This document shows positions 8,301 through 16,155 of a DNA stretch of 30,061 bases, in pieces. The stretch spans positions 1 through 30,061 of the IMG/VR virus record IMGVR_UViG_3300014914_000026; one strand, written 5' to 3'. The position numbers were made by a program, and so were the translations under genes. Each line of letters opens with the position of its first letter. Within the stretch, counting starts at the first letter, position 1. Below the pieces are notes generated by a model that saw nothing but the letters and a program-made list of their open reading frames with translations, ran no database searches and was not told the DNA's origin.

Positions 8301-8952
8301 TTACAAGGATGTGATTAAGAGTGTAATTGAGTATGTTAGTATATCAGATTACCTTAGTAAGGGTATTTCTAGAATTTTTGAGTTTGAAGCTCCTGTAGTT
8401 GGATATGTCTATCATATAAGAGGTAAGGGTTTCTATGAGACTGTAGGTGTTTCGGATAGAAGTATGATAGATGTAAACAAAAGATTTGTGGAATCTTTGA
8501 AACTTATTGAGAAAATGGCTAAGGATTATTCAACTTTGATAGATTTGGAAGTTTTGGGGAAAGGATTTACATCTAAGGATGTTACAAGTTCAATTATTGA
8601 GTTTGGAAGGGTATTAGAGCCTATTTTTAGTAGAGATATTTTAAGAGCTTTTAAGGAGTGGATTATTGTAAGAGATAAATACTGGAGAAAGATCATTGTT
8701 ACACTTGTAGATTATATACTGGATACTGGTGGAGTGGCAAGAGGTGTATCGAGACCTCTTAGGGATAAGGGTAAGGGAGTAGATGTTTTGACTAAAGTGG
8801 CTTATACGCTTGCTGGTCAAGATGTTAGAAGAGTTTACTGGCATAAGGTTTGGGGGGATATTATAGAGCCATCTGACCATAACTTAAATATAGAGGCTTG
8901 TAAAGTTATTCTTGAGGCGATGAAAAGAGTTAAAGATAAGTTGGGTGAATAG
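5368..8952 (+). CDS. Large adhesin/fibre protein: N-terminal DUF2341, lectin-like beta domain, long 18-20-aa repeat stalk
   Basis: WLSGWQYRK...DFGDIRFT..DG.TLLDY..E...FWVKIPSIPA...IYVYYGN is the DUF2341 pattern; aa ~335-1150 are D-x-G-K-x-x-D-(Y/W/F)-x-x-K repeats. Confidence 0.75.
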   Translation: MGWLSGWQYRKSHEIEGSTAGAVTDYQIGIKVYRSTGTDGTETESLITWGVVYVGTKCREDFGDIRFTADDGETLLDYYMEEYEYGSWAKFWVKIPSIPASPDSVTIYVYYGNSDATYSGSGEDTFQFYEDFEDGTLGSTPPGWTVEGSSGDYFHVDDTHVKQGSKSGKLHEDGDGEELSVKAHKHETSTGGGAVVHAWMIFSGDRSAIAGLEPGGSTSDYYASYLLCRDDKDDWRRNSGGTFYTITEFSAPSDLVWYRLEIYHRPSDGKVKYVKDRTEESDWVDPRSSWSEIDGVLLKSHYRYPADSWWDQIYIRKYIDPEPSHGSWGSEETSGVSYVQEITDVGKVGDALSRGIIDVEKDSGKSVDSLVRIVAFHKSVVDIGKGVDSLSKFVEYYRSYMDVGKGLDSLSLTVNYVRSFIDVSKGLDYISMFREVYRDVMDRVYGEFWLSTFRGKSFYETVKSVDFISKDYDGRLRDSVLGIDTIGRDFEKVYIDYGMVADFISKRPLKSLVDSSLAVDYFEKVVEFVRTLFDTGVSSDYLKKEIGKLAKDVGKTVDYVEKTPAKVLVDTSRIIDWYSKFASKIFFDTFISLDYLRKTPAKKVVDVGKVSDWYCKLVSESLIDTCKGVDWYSKTSTFYRSFTDIGKTVDYIEKMSMKALLDIVKNIDWFTKTAIFYRNLYEFVNTSDYLAKDVLRSFLDYAVGEFLISSLRGKTFRETIRTFDYLYRNILKVYVDIGRASDYLRKDRTKPISDVFKVLDYVKKESLKCFVDIGRSVDFLYKEFLKRTFDSVSVTDWFLKFAVKLFRDVVLGRDWSLRDSLKVLLELCKGLDYLSRDTTKSYLDYSICSDFVLLDIVKSLVEVSRSFDYTSKSILRNFIDYAYGEHFLSTLKGKELKDYVKVFDILSRDYLKLFFDLMKGVDFIYKDYGKRFEESIIGVDFVEKGFGIRLEETTKVYEKINRDILKSLIDLGRSLELFYKDVIKSVIEYVSISDYLSKGISRIFEFEAPVVGYVYHIRGKGFYETVGVSDRSMIDVNKRFVESLKLIEKMAKDYSTLIDLEVLGKGFTSKDVTSSIIEFGRVLEPIFSRDILRAFKEWIIVRDKYWRKIIVTLVDYILDTGGVARGVSRPLRDKGKGVDVLTKVAYTLAGQDVRRVYWHKVWGDIIEPSDHNLNIEACKVILEAMKRVKDKLGE

Positions 8953-8954
8953 GG

Positions 8955-9089
8955 ATGAAGGATTTAATTGCTAAGTTGATGTTGCTATATTTATATGCTA
9001 AACCAGAGGGAAGTCGAAGTTGGCTTCATTTAAAGTTTGGTGTTAAGAAGATATTAGAGGTGTTAGAGAAGGATGGGAAGCTTGAGTGA
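8955..9089 (+). CDS. Small hypothetical protein (44 aa, not in ORF track)
   Basis: MKDLIAKLMLLYLYAKPEGSRSWLHLKFGVKKILEVLEKDGKLE fills the gap between co-oriented genes; GGGTGA RBS. Confidence 0.5.
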   Translation: MKDLIAKLMLLYLYAKPEGSRSWLHLKFGVKKILEVLEKDGKLE

Positions 9090-9414
9090 AAAGATAAGCA
9101 ATCTGGAGGATTTGATTTCAAAGATGGAGTATGTAGAGGAAGGAGACTATGTATTTGCCAAGCATATTAATAATTTAAATGAAGCAAGTAAAATTGTTTT
9201 AGATTTCTGTAAGGAGGCTTATGATAAGTATAAGGAGAAGACTGGGGAGACTTTAGATGATGTAGAATTATGGCTTTATTTAGCTGAGAATAGAATTAAT
9301 ATGATGCGTTCTGTTAAGTATGGTGATATTGTTTTGACTAAAGATCATAACTTGATTATTGATAGTTTAAAGCCTTTGGAATTGGTTTTGAGAAGGCTTG
9401 AACAAAAACTTTAG
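9073..9414 (+). CDS. Helical protein with two GDxVxxxxxN motifs (putative fibre adaptor)
   Basis: EGDYVFAKHINNL and YGDIVLTKDHNLI resemble WGDIIEPSDHNLN at the end of the 1194-aa protein. Confidence 0.6.
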   Translation: MGSLSEKISNLEDLISKMEYVEEGDYVFAKHINNLNEASKIVLDFCKEAYDKYKEKTGETLDDVELWLYLAENRINMMRSVKYGDIVLTKDHNLIIDSLKPLELVLRRLEQKL

Positions 9415-10493
9415 AGGTATATTTTGACTACATCTCTTAATTTTTCACCTATTTTGTCCCAAGTTAAGTTGGGTCTTATGAATTTTTCTATGTGTTCCTT
9501 TACTTTTGCTTTGTATTCTTCATAATTGTTGAAGATTTCTATAGTTCTATCTACTGCTTTATCAATTATCATTTCAACCCCATATCCTATATGAATTGGA
9601 TTTGATGGTAAGACTTTATCGCTCTTTTTTGAGGGAATTAATGACCATTCAGGCATGTATTCCTCCCATGCTCCACCTTTTGCTCCTATTACTGGAACCC
9701 CTCTTGTTAGTGCTTCCATAGGTGGATGTTCCCACCCTCCTCCTCTTGATGTTAATGCGTATAGATCGCATAGATCGAAGAGTTCCATTTTTTGTTGTTC
9801 TGTAAGCCATCCAGATAATACTCTTCCTTCCATTTGGTATTTGGGTTTTCCTTTTTTGTATTCGATTGTTTCTGGGAAGTATCCTACAGCGTTTGCTGAT
9901 TTTACTACAAGTAGAACATTATTGTATTCTTTAAGTAGAGCTTGATAGTATCTTAGTAGTATGTCAAGTCCTTTCCTATATGGGCTATGAACTATGAAGC
10001 TTAGTATTAGTTTTAGGTTTCTTCGTTCCTTGAGTTTTGCTAAATGTTCAAATAGATTTGGAGGTTGTTTAGGGGCATCTATCCATTGTTCATCTATTCC
10101 ATGAGGTATTACATGAACTGGTTTTTTAACTCCTGATTTTATGTATGTTTCCTTAGATTTTTTGGATGGAACTATGAAGGCTTTTGCGTATTTAGTTAAT
10201 TTTACTGCGTATGGTGATAGTCTATCTGTATCTGCTACATCTACTCCTATTAATCCTGATGACCGACTAACTTTCTGTGCTAGTCTTTTTTCTAATTTTT
10301 GGAATAGGTAGAAGTATGGTTGTATTATTATTAGAGGTCTTGTGGTCATTGATATGTAAGGAAATGCTAGTTCATCTATTAGTTCTATTCTATAGTATTT
10401 TTTGAGTTGTTCATAATGTTTCATTCCAATTACATTAAAGCTAACTTTGTGATAAAAGGGAAACACATACCAAATTGATGTCGCTCTCATCAT
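9411..10493 (-). CDS. GT-B (GT4-like) glycosyltransferase
   Basis: IVPS..S, VIPHGID, RKGLDILL, SRGGGWEHPPMEALTRGVPVI. Confidence 0.9.
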   Translation of the reverse strand: MMRATSIWYVFPFYHKVSFNVIGMKHYEQLKKYYRIELIDELAFPYISMTTRPLIIIQPYFYLFQKLEKRLAQKVSRSSGLIGVDVADTDRLSPYAVKLTKYAKAFIVPSKKSKETYIKSGVKKPVHVIPHGIDEQWIDAPKQPPNLFEHLAKLKERRNLKLILSFIVHSPYRKGLDILLRYYQALLKEYNNVLLVVKSANAVGYFPETIEYKKGKPKYQMEGRVLSGWLTEQQKMELFDLCDLYALTSRGGGWEHPPMEALTRGVPVIGAKGGAWEEYMPEWSLIPSKKSDKVLPSNPIHIGYGVEMIIDKAVDRTIEIFNNYEEYKAKVKEHIEKFIRPNLTWDKIGEKLRDVVKIYL

Positions 10494-10828
10494 AGTCTTA
10501 TGGCATACCAGTATATTTTAACGTTATCGCTTCCAGATGGAGGAGGCGATGAATAATGAACTATTATCTCTGTGTCGGTTACTTCGTAATGGCTATATCC
10601 TGAAGCGTCTTGACTTCCAGCCCCAATTATAGCGATAGTGGGTTTGGCTGATAAGCCGTGTGGAATATGAAACTCTGTTTTGGCTCCATCTCCTGAGAAT
10701 ACTGCTAATCCACCATTTCTCTCTATTGGTGCTCTCTTATCAAGCTCCTCTAAAGCATCTACTACTGCGTTCCATTCCTCTGGTGTCAATATTTCAGTTC
10801 CTTTATATGTTAGACCCCACTTACTCAT
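10490..10828 (-). CDS. Small fibre-tip/H-lectin-like structural protein
   Basis: N-terminal GTEILTPEEWNAVVDAL; C-terminal SGDG..TEF.IPHGL...P...IYWYA beta domain typical of fibre tips. Confidence 0.6.
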   Translation of the reverse strand: MSKWGLTYKGTEILTPEEWNAVVDALEELDKRAPIERNGGLAVFSGDGAKTEFHIPHGLSAKPTIAIIGAGSQDASGYSHYEVTDTEIIVHYSSPPPSGSDNVKIYWYAIRL

Positions 10829-10833
10829 ATTTT

Positions 10834-10986
10834 CTACCTCCTCCTAAGTGGTCTTGGAGTTAAAGGTTGAGGTGATGATGTTCCTCCTACTTGTTGAGGT
10901 TGTATTTTTATATTTTGTGAGATTGATTTCTCTATCTCTTTTAGGGTTTGTATGAAGTTTTCAATGTGTTTATCCTTCTGGGACAT
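10834..10986 (-). CDS. Small hypothetical protein (50 aa, not in ORF track)
   Basis: MSQKDKHIENFIQTLKEIEKSISQNIKIQPQQVGGTSSPQPLTPRPLRRR fills the operon gap exactly. Confidence 0.55.
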   Translation of the reverse strand: MSQKDKHIENFIQTLKEIEKSISQNIKIQPQQVGGTSSPQPLTPRPLRRR

Positions 10987-10989
10987 TCT

Positions 10990-13900
10990 CTACATCCCCC
11001 TTTGTCTTCTTGCTAAGTATCTTGCTCTTCTCATTCCTCCTATGGCTTTATAGAACATTATCTCATAATCATCAAGACCCCATTCTTTAAGTGCTTCAAG
11101 TTCTTTGACAAACTCTTCTTCTGTTATTATTCCACTTGCGAAGTCTGATAGTAGCTCAGTTATGTATCTTCTGACTTCATCCATTATTGGTTTGAGCCTT
11201 ATGAACTGCTCCCACATTGCCTTCAGGACATTCTTTGTTTCTTCATCTACTGGTAGAGCGTCAATCATCTTGTATAATTGTCCGAGGGCGTATGACCTTG
11301 CTTGTGGTGAATACTCTGATAGCATCACCATTCTATCTACATCGCCTACCAGTTCTCTAAAGGCTCTATAGTGTCTTTCGTATCTTGAGGATGTCAGCAT
11401 TAGTTCTAGTTCTTTGTCTGTGTATCCGAAGTTCTTTAGCTGGTTTAGTATCTTTTTGTAGTCGTCTTCTGTTATTATGAAGTAAACATATAGGTCTTCT
11501 GCTCTTGAAATCATCTTCTTTACTTCGTCCATTATGGGTCTGAGGTCTATGTATTCAGCCCATATTGGTTGCCACTTCTCAGGTATCCTTTTAGCTTTGA
11601 CTACATCATCAAAGTATTCTCTTGCTTTTGGTATGTATTCTGATATTGTTGCGAGCATAGATGGTGTGGGTATGTATTCTCTCATTGATTGTCTTGCTTG
11701 AAGTATCATTTCTTCGAGTTCTACTCTTAGTTTCAGTATCTCCATTTCTTTATCTGTGAAGTTTATCATTTCCATGTATTCCTTAATCTTGCTTTCTATG
11801 TCCTCTGGTATCTTTATGTAGATTAAGGCTCTTCTGTAGGTGGTTAGAAGGCTCTTAATATCGTCAGCAATCGGCCTTATTTCGATATATTGCTTCCAAA
11901 TGGGCTTCCATTCATCTGGGACTAGTCTCTCGGTTAGGGCTTTGTCGATTAGGTCTTCCTTGATTACAAGGTATTCAGAGAGGGTGGCAAGCTGAGTTGG
12001 GGTGGGGATGTATTCCCTTATCGCTATGTTTACCATTCGGTCTAGAACTCCCTTTATGAACTCCTTTTCATAGTCTGTTAGTTTGGCTTTTTCTCCAACA
12101 TAATCTGCGAGTGCTTCTACATCCTCCCTTTTTACTACTCCAGTTGTAACTCTATACATCACATATCCAAGCCATCTTTGTGTCCAATACCTGACTCTTC
12201 TTATTGTGTAGATGTCTCTCCAGATGTTTAAGGAGTTTATGTATGCTGAGTAGTATTCCTCCACGAAGGCAAGTTTAAGTTCATCTGGTAGTTTTACTCC
12301 TGTTATTTTTTCATAATCCTTTGCGAAGAACTCATTTATTTTTTCGATTATGCCTGTTAGCTTCTCTTTGAACTCTTCATAGTTTTGTATGATGAATTCT
12401 GAATAGCCTCTGCTAAGGTCTCTTACTGTGTCTCTTAGTATGTCTAATGCTCTATCCATTAAGGCTCTAAGTTCAAGTAGTTTCCTTTCTGGAGGTAGAT
12501 ACATAACTGGATAGTTTACCCATCCAGTAACCCATTTGTTTTCTGAGGTGTCGAAGTATGAAACTTTGAAGCTTGCTGTTATGAAACCTGCGAGTAGTTT
12601 TTCAAGAGCGTTTATATTCCAAAAGCCTTCTTTGAATAGGTTGATGAATCCAGTCCTTAGTAGTGTTCTTTCATCTACTAAGGTGTTTATAGTTTCTGCT
12701 ACTGCTGTTAGAGGAACCCAATCTGGATGGAGACCTGTTGCCTGTAGGGTTCTTGAGAATAGTGATAGGTCGAGCTTTATTTCTGAGCTTGCTGATGGCT
12801 CTATTAGTTTCTCTCTAAAGGCTGATACTGGGGAAGTTATCTTGACTCCCCTTTCAGATAATATATTGTAGAGACCCCATCGGGTCATCCATCGCTGATC
12901 AATCTTTGTGGGTATGTCTGCGAGGGTATCTATCACTATAAGGTTGTCCGATGTGAAGCCTTTAATCCATGAGAATCTGGCATAGTCATGCCATTTCATG
13001 TAGGTCTTAAGAGCATCAAATAGCTTTGAGTATTTGAAGTTAAGTTCTATTGGTGCTATTGGTGTGAAGGCTCCTATTGTTTGTGCTACTTTCTCTAATG
13101 CTCTTCTCTCAGAGTCGGATATTGAGACCCATAGCATACCGCTTATACCTCTTGATATGAAGCTCCAGAGTCTTTCTGGGGAGGCGTATCTGAAGTGTAG
13201 GAGGTAGTAGAGATAGGCTATGTCTGGAATCATGCCTTGGGTTTGTATTGCCTTAGTAAAGTCTTCAAGTGAGTAGAATAGGTCTCTAACCATCATTCTA
13301 CATAGCTCTGAGGATGTGGGGAGCTTATGGACTAGACTCAAGGGTATGTTTCTGAATGTTCCGAATCTGTCTTTGACTTTGATCCACATATCTGGTGTGT
13401 ATTTGAAGAACCAGTCTAAAGTTACATCAGAATGTCCATAGATTGATAGGAAGAATTTTGCGATTTTGAGGATTTCCTTATACCTTTCTGTTGGTTTAAC
13501 TTCTCTGATTACACCTGTTGTTGGGTCTTTCTGTATTATGTAAGCCATGTTCCTTCTCAGGAACTCTATTATCTCATCATCTCTGGGAGCTATTATTGGG
13601 AGAACATTTCTCAACCAGTAGTTTATGAGCCTTCCAATAGGTCTTGTCAGCCATATAGCATATCCATATATCATACCTCGCCCTAGTTCATCCATCCATC
13701 TTCCAATATTAGTTGCGAATGTGTATAGTGAAGCCCCTATAATCTTTGATATGTCGATTTCAGTCTCATAGCCTATACCGAGAGGCTTTAGACTGATTTT
13801 ATGTTTCCATCCAAGTTCACCTATAGACCTTGCTACACCTCTCATTACCCATTGAGCCATTCTGAGGGGTATTTGAGCATAGAAGGGTATCCATGATACA

Positions 13901-15564
13901 GTCATGGCGTATATGCTACCTGTTGTAATAGCTTTCTTAACATAGTCTATTTTGAAGTATTCTGGGGTAGCCATTTGTTCTGCCTTAAGTATTTCCTCAT
14001 ATTTCTGTATTAGAAATTCATGTGTTTGTGATGCTATGGATTCTGGTAGTGGTTTAAGATAGTGCTCTGCTAATGGCTGTATAGCTTTACCTGACTTTTC
14101 CATTACTTGTATTGTTGAGTCCCAAAATTCCTTTGTTATTTCTGATATTATATTTGCCACACCTTTTTGTATATTTTGAAGTGAATCCCAGAAGAACTTG
14201 AGGAGATTCTGAAGACCTGATACTAATGCCTCTGACAGAGTTTTTATTTCTCCCCAGAATATATTGAATATTGATTTAAGGTTCACTCTTATCTCAGCAA
14301 ATATTTGGGGACTCATCCAAATTGATGGTAGAGAAGTTAGGGGAGTTGTAATGTATTCATTGAACCATTCTGGGAACCACGTTGGGAAGTTCATTATTGC
14401 GTTTACGAATCCTTGTGTGGTTTGGGCTAGTGAGTTAAAGCCTTTTGTTACATTGTCGATTATTTCTTTGAGTCCCTCCTGGAAGGGCTTTATTATACCT
14501 TCATTTATTGAATCAAATAATGGCTGTATTGTTGTAGCCCATGCTTTTTCTATTATATTGCTGTATATTGCTGGTGCTTCTTCTTTAAGGTTTACTAAGT
14601 ATTGAATGAATCCTGTTATGGTCTCTCCTATTTGTGATATTCCCATAATGGCTGTTACTATTCCTTCTGTTATTTGTGGGATACTTTCTAACCATCCTCT
14701 AAAGGTTTCAGTTATTGGTTCCATAAGGCTTTGTAATGTTGTGAATATTTGAGTTATTCCATTTATTATTGTGTCTGGTATTGTCGTTATTAGATTTATG
14801 ATGGGCTGTATTGCTTCGATTATAGAGTCAGGTATTGTTGATAGAAAATCTGTAACATTTGATATTAGTGATTCTATGCCAGATATACCTTTTTGTATCA
14901 TATCTGTAAGAGATTTTCCAAGTTTTTCTGTTAATGATTCGAGACTGCTGAATACTCCACTTATTGCTTCACCTATGTTGGTAATATAGTCAGATATTGA
15001 TGAAATAGCCTTTTGAATAACATTATTTAAGCTTTCTCCTAATGCCTGGAGATTATCTATAAGTCCTTGAGCAAGTTTACTTAAGCTATCAAATACACTA
15101 TTTAGACTGTCAAGAAGACTTGATGCGAGGTCTTTTAGTCCTTCAAATTGTTCTGAAACCCATTTAATGGCATCATATATAGGGTCTAGAACTACTGGTG
15201 CTATTTTTTGGACTTCACTCCAGATGTTTGTTATTGTAGAGTTTATAGTGTTTAAGATTGGTTTTATTGCTGTTTCAATGAAGGTTTCTATGCCAGATAT
15301 TATCCATGAGGCTATTGAACTAAGAATATCTGCGAACCAGTCTTTTAGTTGTCCAATTGGATCAACTATTCCTCCTACACCTGAAACTATTAGGTCTAAA
15401 TCTATTTCTTCTATTGTATATATGTCGGTTACTGTGATTGATAACGATTCCTTTTTTGGGAGATTAAGAGTAATCTGAGGTGGATTTGAGATGAGTATGT
15501 CGGATAGGATTTGGGCTGTTTTCTTTATCTCCTTGGGGTCTAACTCCTCCCTGATGGAGGACAT
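10990..15564 (-). CDS. Large minor virion protein (rudivirus terminal-fibre-like) with amphipathic helical N-terminal repeats
   Basis: 1524 aa, all-helical; C-terminal repeats REYIPTP..LAT.SEY...W..Y...RPI.D; size and position in the structural operon match the largest rudiviral virion protein. Confidence 0.6.
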   Translation of the reverse strand: MSSIREELDPKEIKKTAQILSDILISNPPQITLNLPKKESLSITVTDIYTIEEIDLDLIVSGVGGIVDPIGQLKDWFADILSSIASWIISGIETFIETAIKPILNTINSTITNIWSEVQKIAPVVLDPIYDAIKWVSEQFEGLKDLASSLLDSLNSVFDSLSKLAQGLIDNLQALGESLNNVIQKAISSISDYITNIGEAISGVFSSLESLTEKLGKSLTDMIQKGISGIESLISNVTDFLSTIPDSIIEAIQPIINLITTIPDTIINGITQIFTTLQSLMEPITETFRGWLESIPQITEGIVTAIMGISQIGETITGFIQYLVNLKEEAPAIYSNIIEKAWATTIQPLFDSINEGIIKPFQEGLKEIIDNVTKGFNSLAQTTQGFVNAIMNFPTWFPEWFNEYITTPLTSLPSIWMSPQIFAEIRVNLKSIFNIFWGEIKTLSEALVSGLQNLLKFFWDSLQNIQKGVANIISEITKEFWDSTIQVMEKSGKAIQPLAEHYLKPLPESIASQTHEFLIQKYEEILKAEQMATPEYFKIDYVKKAITTGSIYAMTVSWIPFYAQIPLRMAQWVMRGVARSIGELGWKHKISLKPLGIGYETEIDISKIIGASLYTFATNIGRWMDELGRGMIYGYAIWLTRPIGRLINYWLRNVLPIIAPRDDEIIEFLRRNMAYIIQKDPTTGVIREVKPTERYKEILKIAKFFLSIYGHSDVTLDWFFKYTPDMWIKVKDRFGTFRNIPLSLVHKLPTSSELCRMMVRDLFYSLEDFTKAIQTQGMIPDIAYLYYLLHFRYASPERLWSFISRGISGMLWVSISDSERRALEKVAQTIGAFTPIAPIELNFKYSKLFDALKTYMKWHDYARFSWIKGFTSDNLIVIDTLADIPTKIDQRWMTRWGLYNILSERGVKITSPVSAFREKLIEPSASSEIKLDLSLFSRTLQATGLHPDWVPLTAVAETINTLVDERTLLRTGFINLFKEGFWNINALEKLLAGFITASFKVSYFDTSENKWVTGWVNYPVMYLPPERKLLELRALMDRALDILRDTVRDLSRGYSEFIIQNYEEFKEKLTGIIEKINEFFAKDYEKITGVKLPDELKLAFVEEYYSAYINSLNIWRDIYTIRRVRYWTQRWLGYVMYRVTTGVVKREDVEALADYVGEKAKLTDYEKEFIKGVLDRMVNIAIREYIPTPTQLATLSEYLVIKEDLIDKALTERLVPDEWKPIWKQYIEIRPIADDIKSLLTTYRRALIYIKIPEDIESKIKEYMEMINFTDKEMEILKLRVELEEMILQARQSMREYIPTPSMLATISEYIPKAREYFDDVVKAKRIPEKWQPIWAEYIDLRPIMDEVKKMISRAEDLYVYFIITEDDYKKILNQLKNFGYTDKELELMLTSSRYERHYRAFRELVGDVDRMVMLSEYSPQARSYALGQLYKMIDALPVDEETKNVLKAMWEQFIRLKPIMDEVRRYITELLSDFASGIITEEEFVKELEALKEWGLDDYEIMFYKAIGGMRRARYLARRQRGM

Positions 15565-15839
15565 TAGGTTATCAGCCTCCTTACTTCCTCTATGCCATAA
15601 GCGAATTCTATCATTTTAAGTTTTGTTATTTCTATTTTAAGTTTGTTTTCAAGCTCTTTGAGACTTCTAACTGAGAGGGAATATGGTTTTCCTCTCATGC
15701 CTCTGTAGTGGATGGATACTACAACGTGATACCATTCCTCACCTGTTATAAGTCTAGATTTTAAAATCTCTAAAACTTCTACCAGTTCTCCGTCTATCTT
15801 TAAGAAAAATGGGGGTATTTGAAGAGTTGCCTTGGACAT
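15564..15839 (-). CDS. Hypothetical protein
   Basis: 91-aa ORF; TAATG coupling to the large virion gene. Confidence 0.7.
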   Translation of the reverse strand: MSKATLQIPPFFLKIDGELVEVLEILKSRLITGEEWYHVVVSIHYRGMRGKPYSLSVRSLKELENKLKIEITKLKMIEFAYGIEEVRRLIT

Positions 15840-15852
15840 GGCCTTCTACCCT

Positions 15853-16155
15853 TCACTCAATATAGCTTGTTGATCTCTCCTGAGATAACTTTTCCATGAC
15901 CTGTCTTAATTTCTTTACGGTCTTGAATAGCTCCTTGCTCTTGAGGGCGAGAGGACACTTCATTATCTTGGAGCAGTCGCAGGTGGAATACTCGAAGCTT
16001 AACTCATGGGTCTTCAGCAATAGCTCTTGAATTATTGTGGTTAGTTGCTCTCTGACATCTTCAGGTATCTCTATAGGGATAGTGCCAGGCGTAGGCGTCG
16101 GAGCTTCACCCTCTTCCCTAACCTTACTTTTTCTTCTTGAAGTCTTTGGAGCCAT
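15853..16155 (-). CDS. Hypothetical helical protein with CxC-x4-C motif
   Basis: 100 aa; own TATA (AAGGTTTAAATA at 16193-16204, minus strand). Confidence 0.7.
   Translation of the reverse strand: MAPKTSRRKSKVREEGEAPTPTPGTIPIEIPEDVREQLTTIIQELLLKTHELSFEYSTCDCSKIMKCPLALKSKELFKTVKKLRQVMEKLSQERSTSYIE

Noticed and set aside
11105-15478. Several 70-113-aa + strand ORFs inside the 1524-aa gene
   Set aside because: In-register antisense shadows with Ser/Ile-rich non-protein-like composition.
10990-15564. Interpretation as a tailed virus because of tape-measure-like and tail-fibre-like genes
   Set aside because: No terminase, portal, HK97 capsid or tail tube; the only capsid protein is SIRV2-type.
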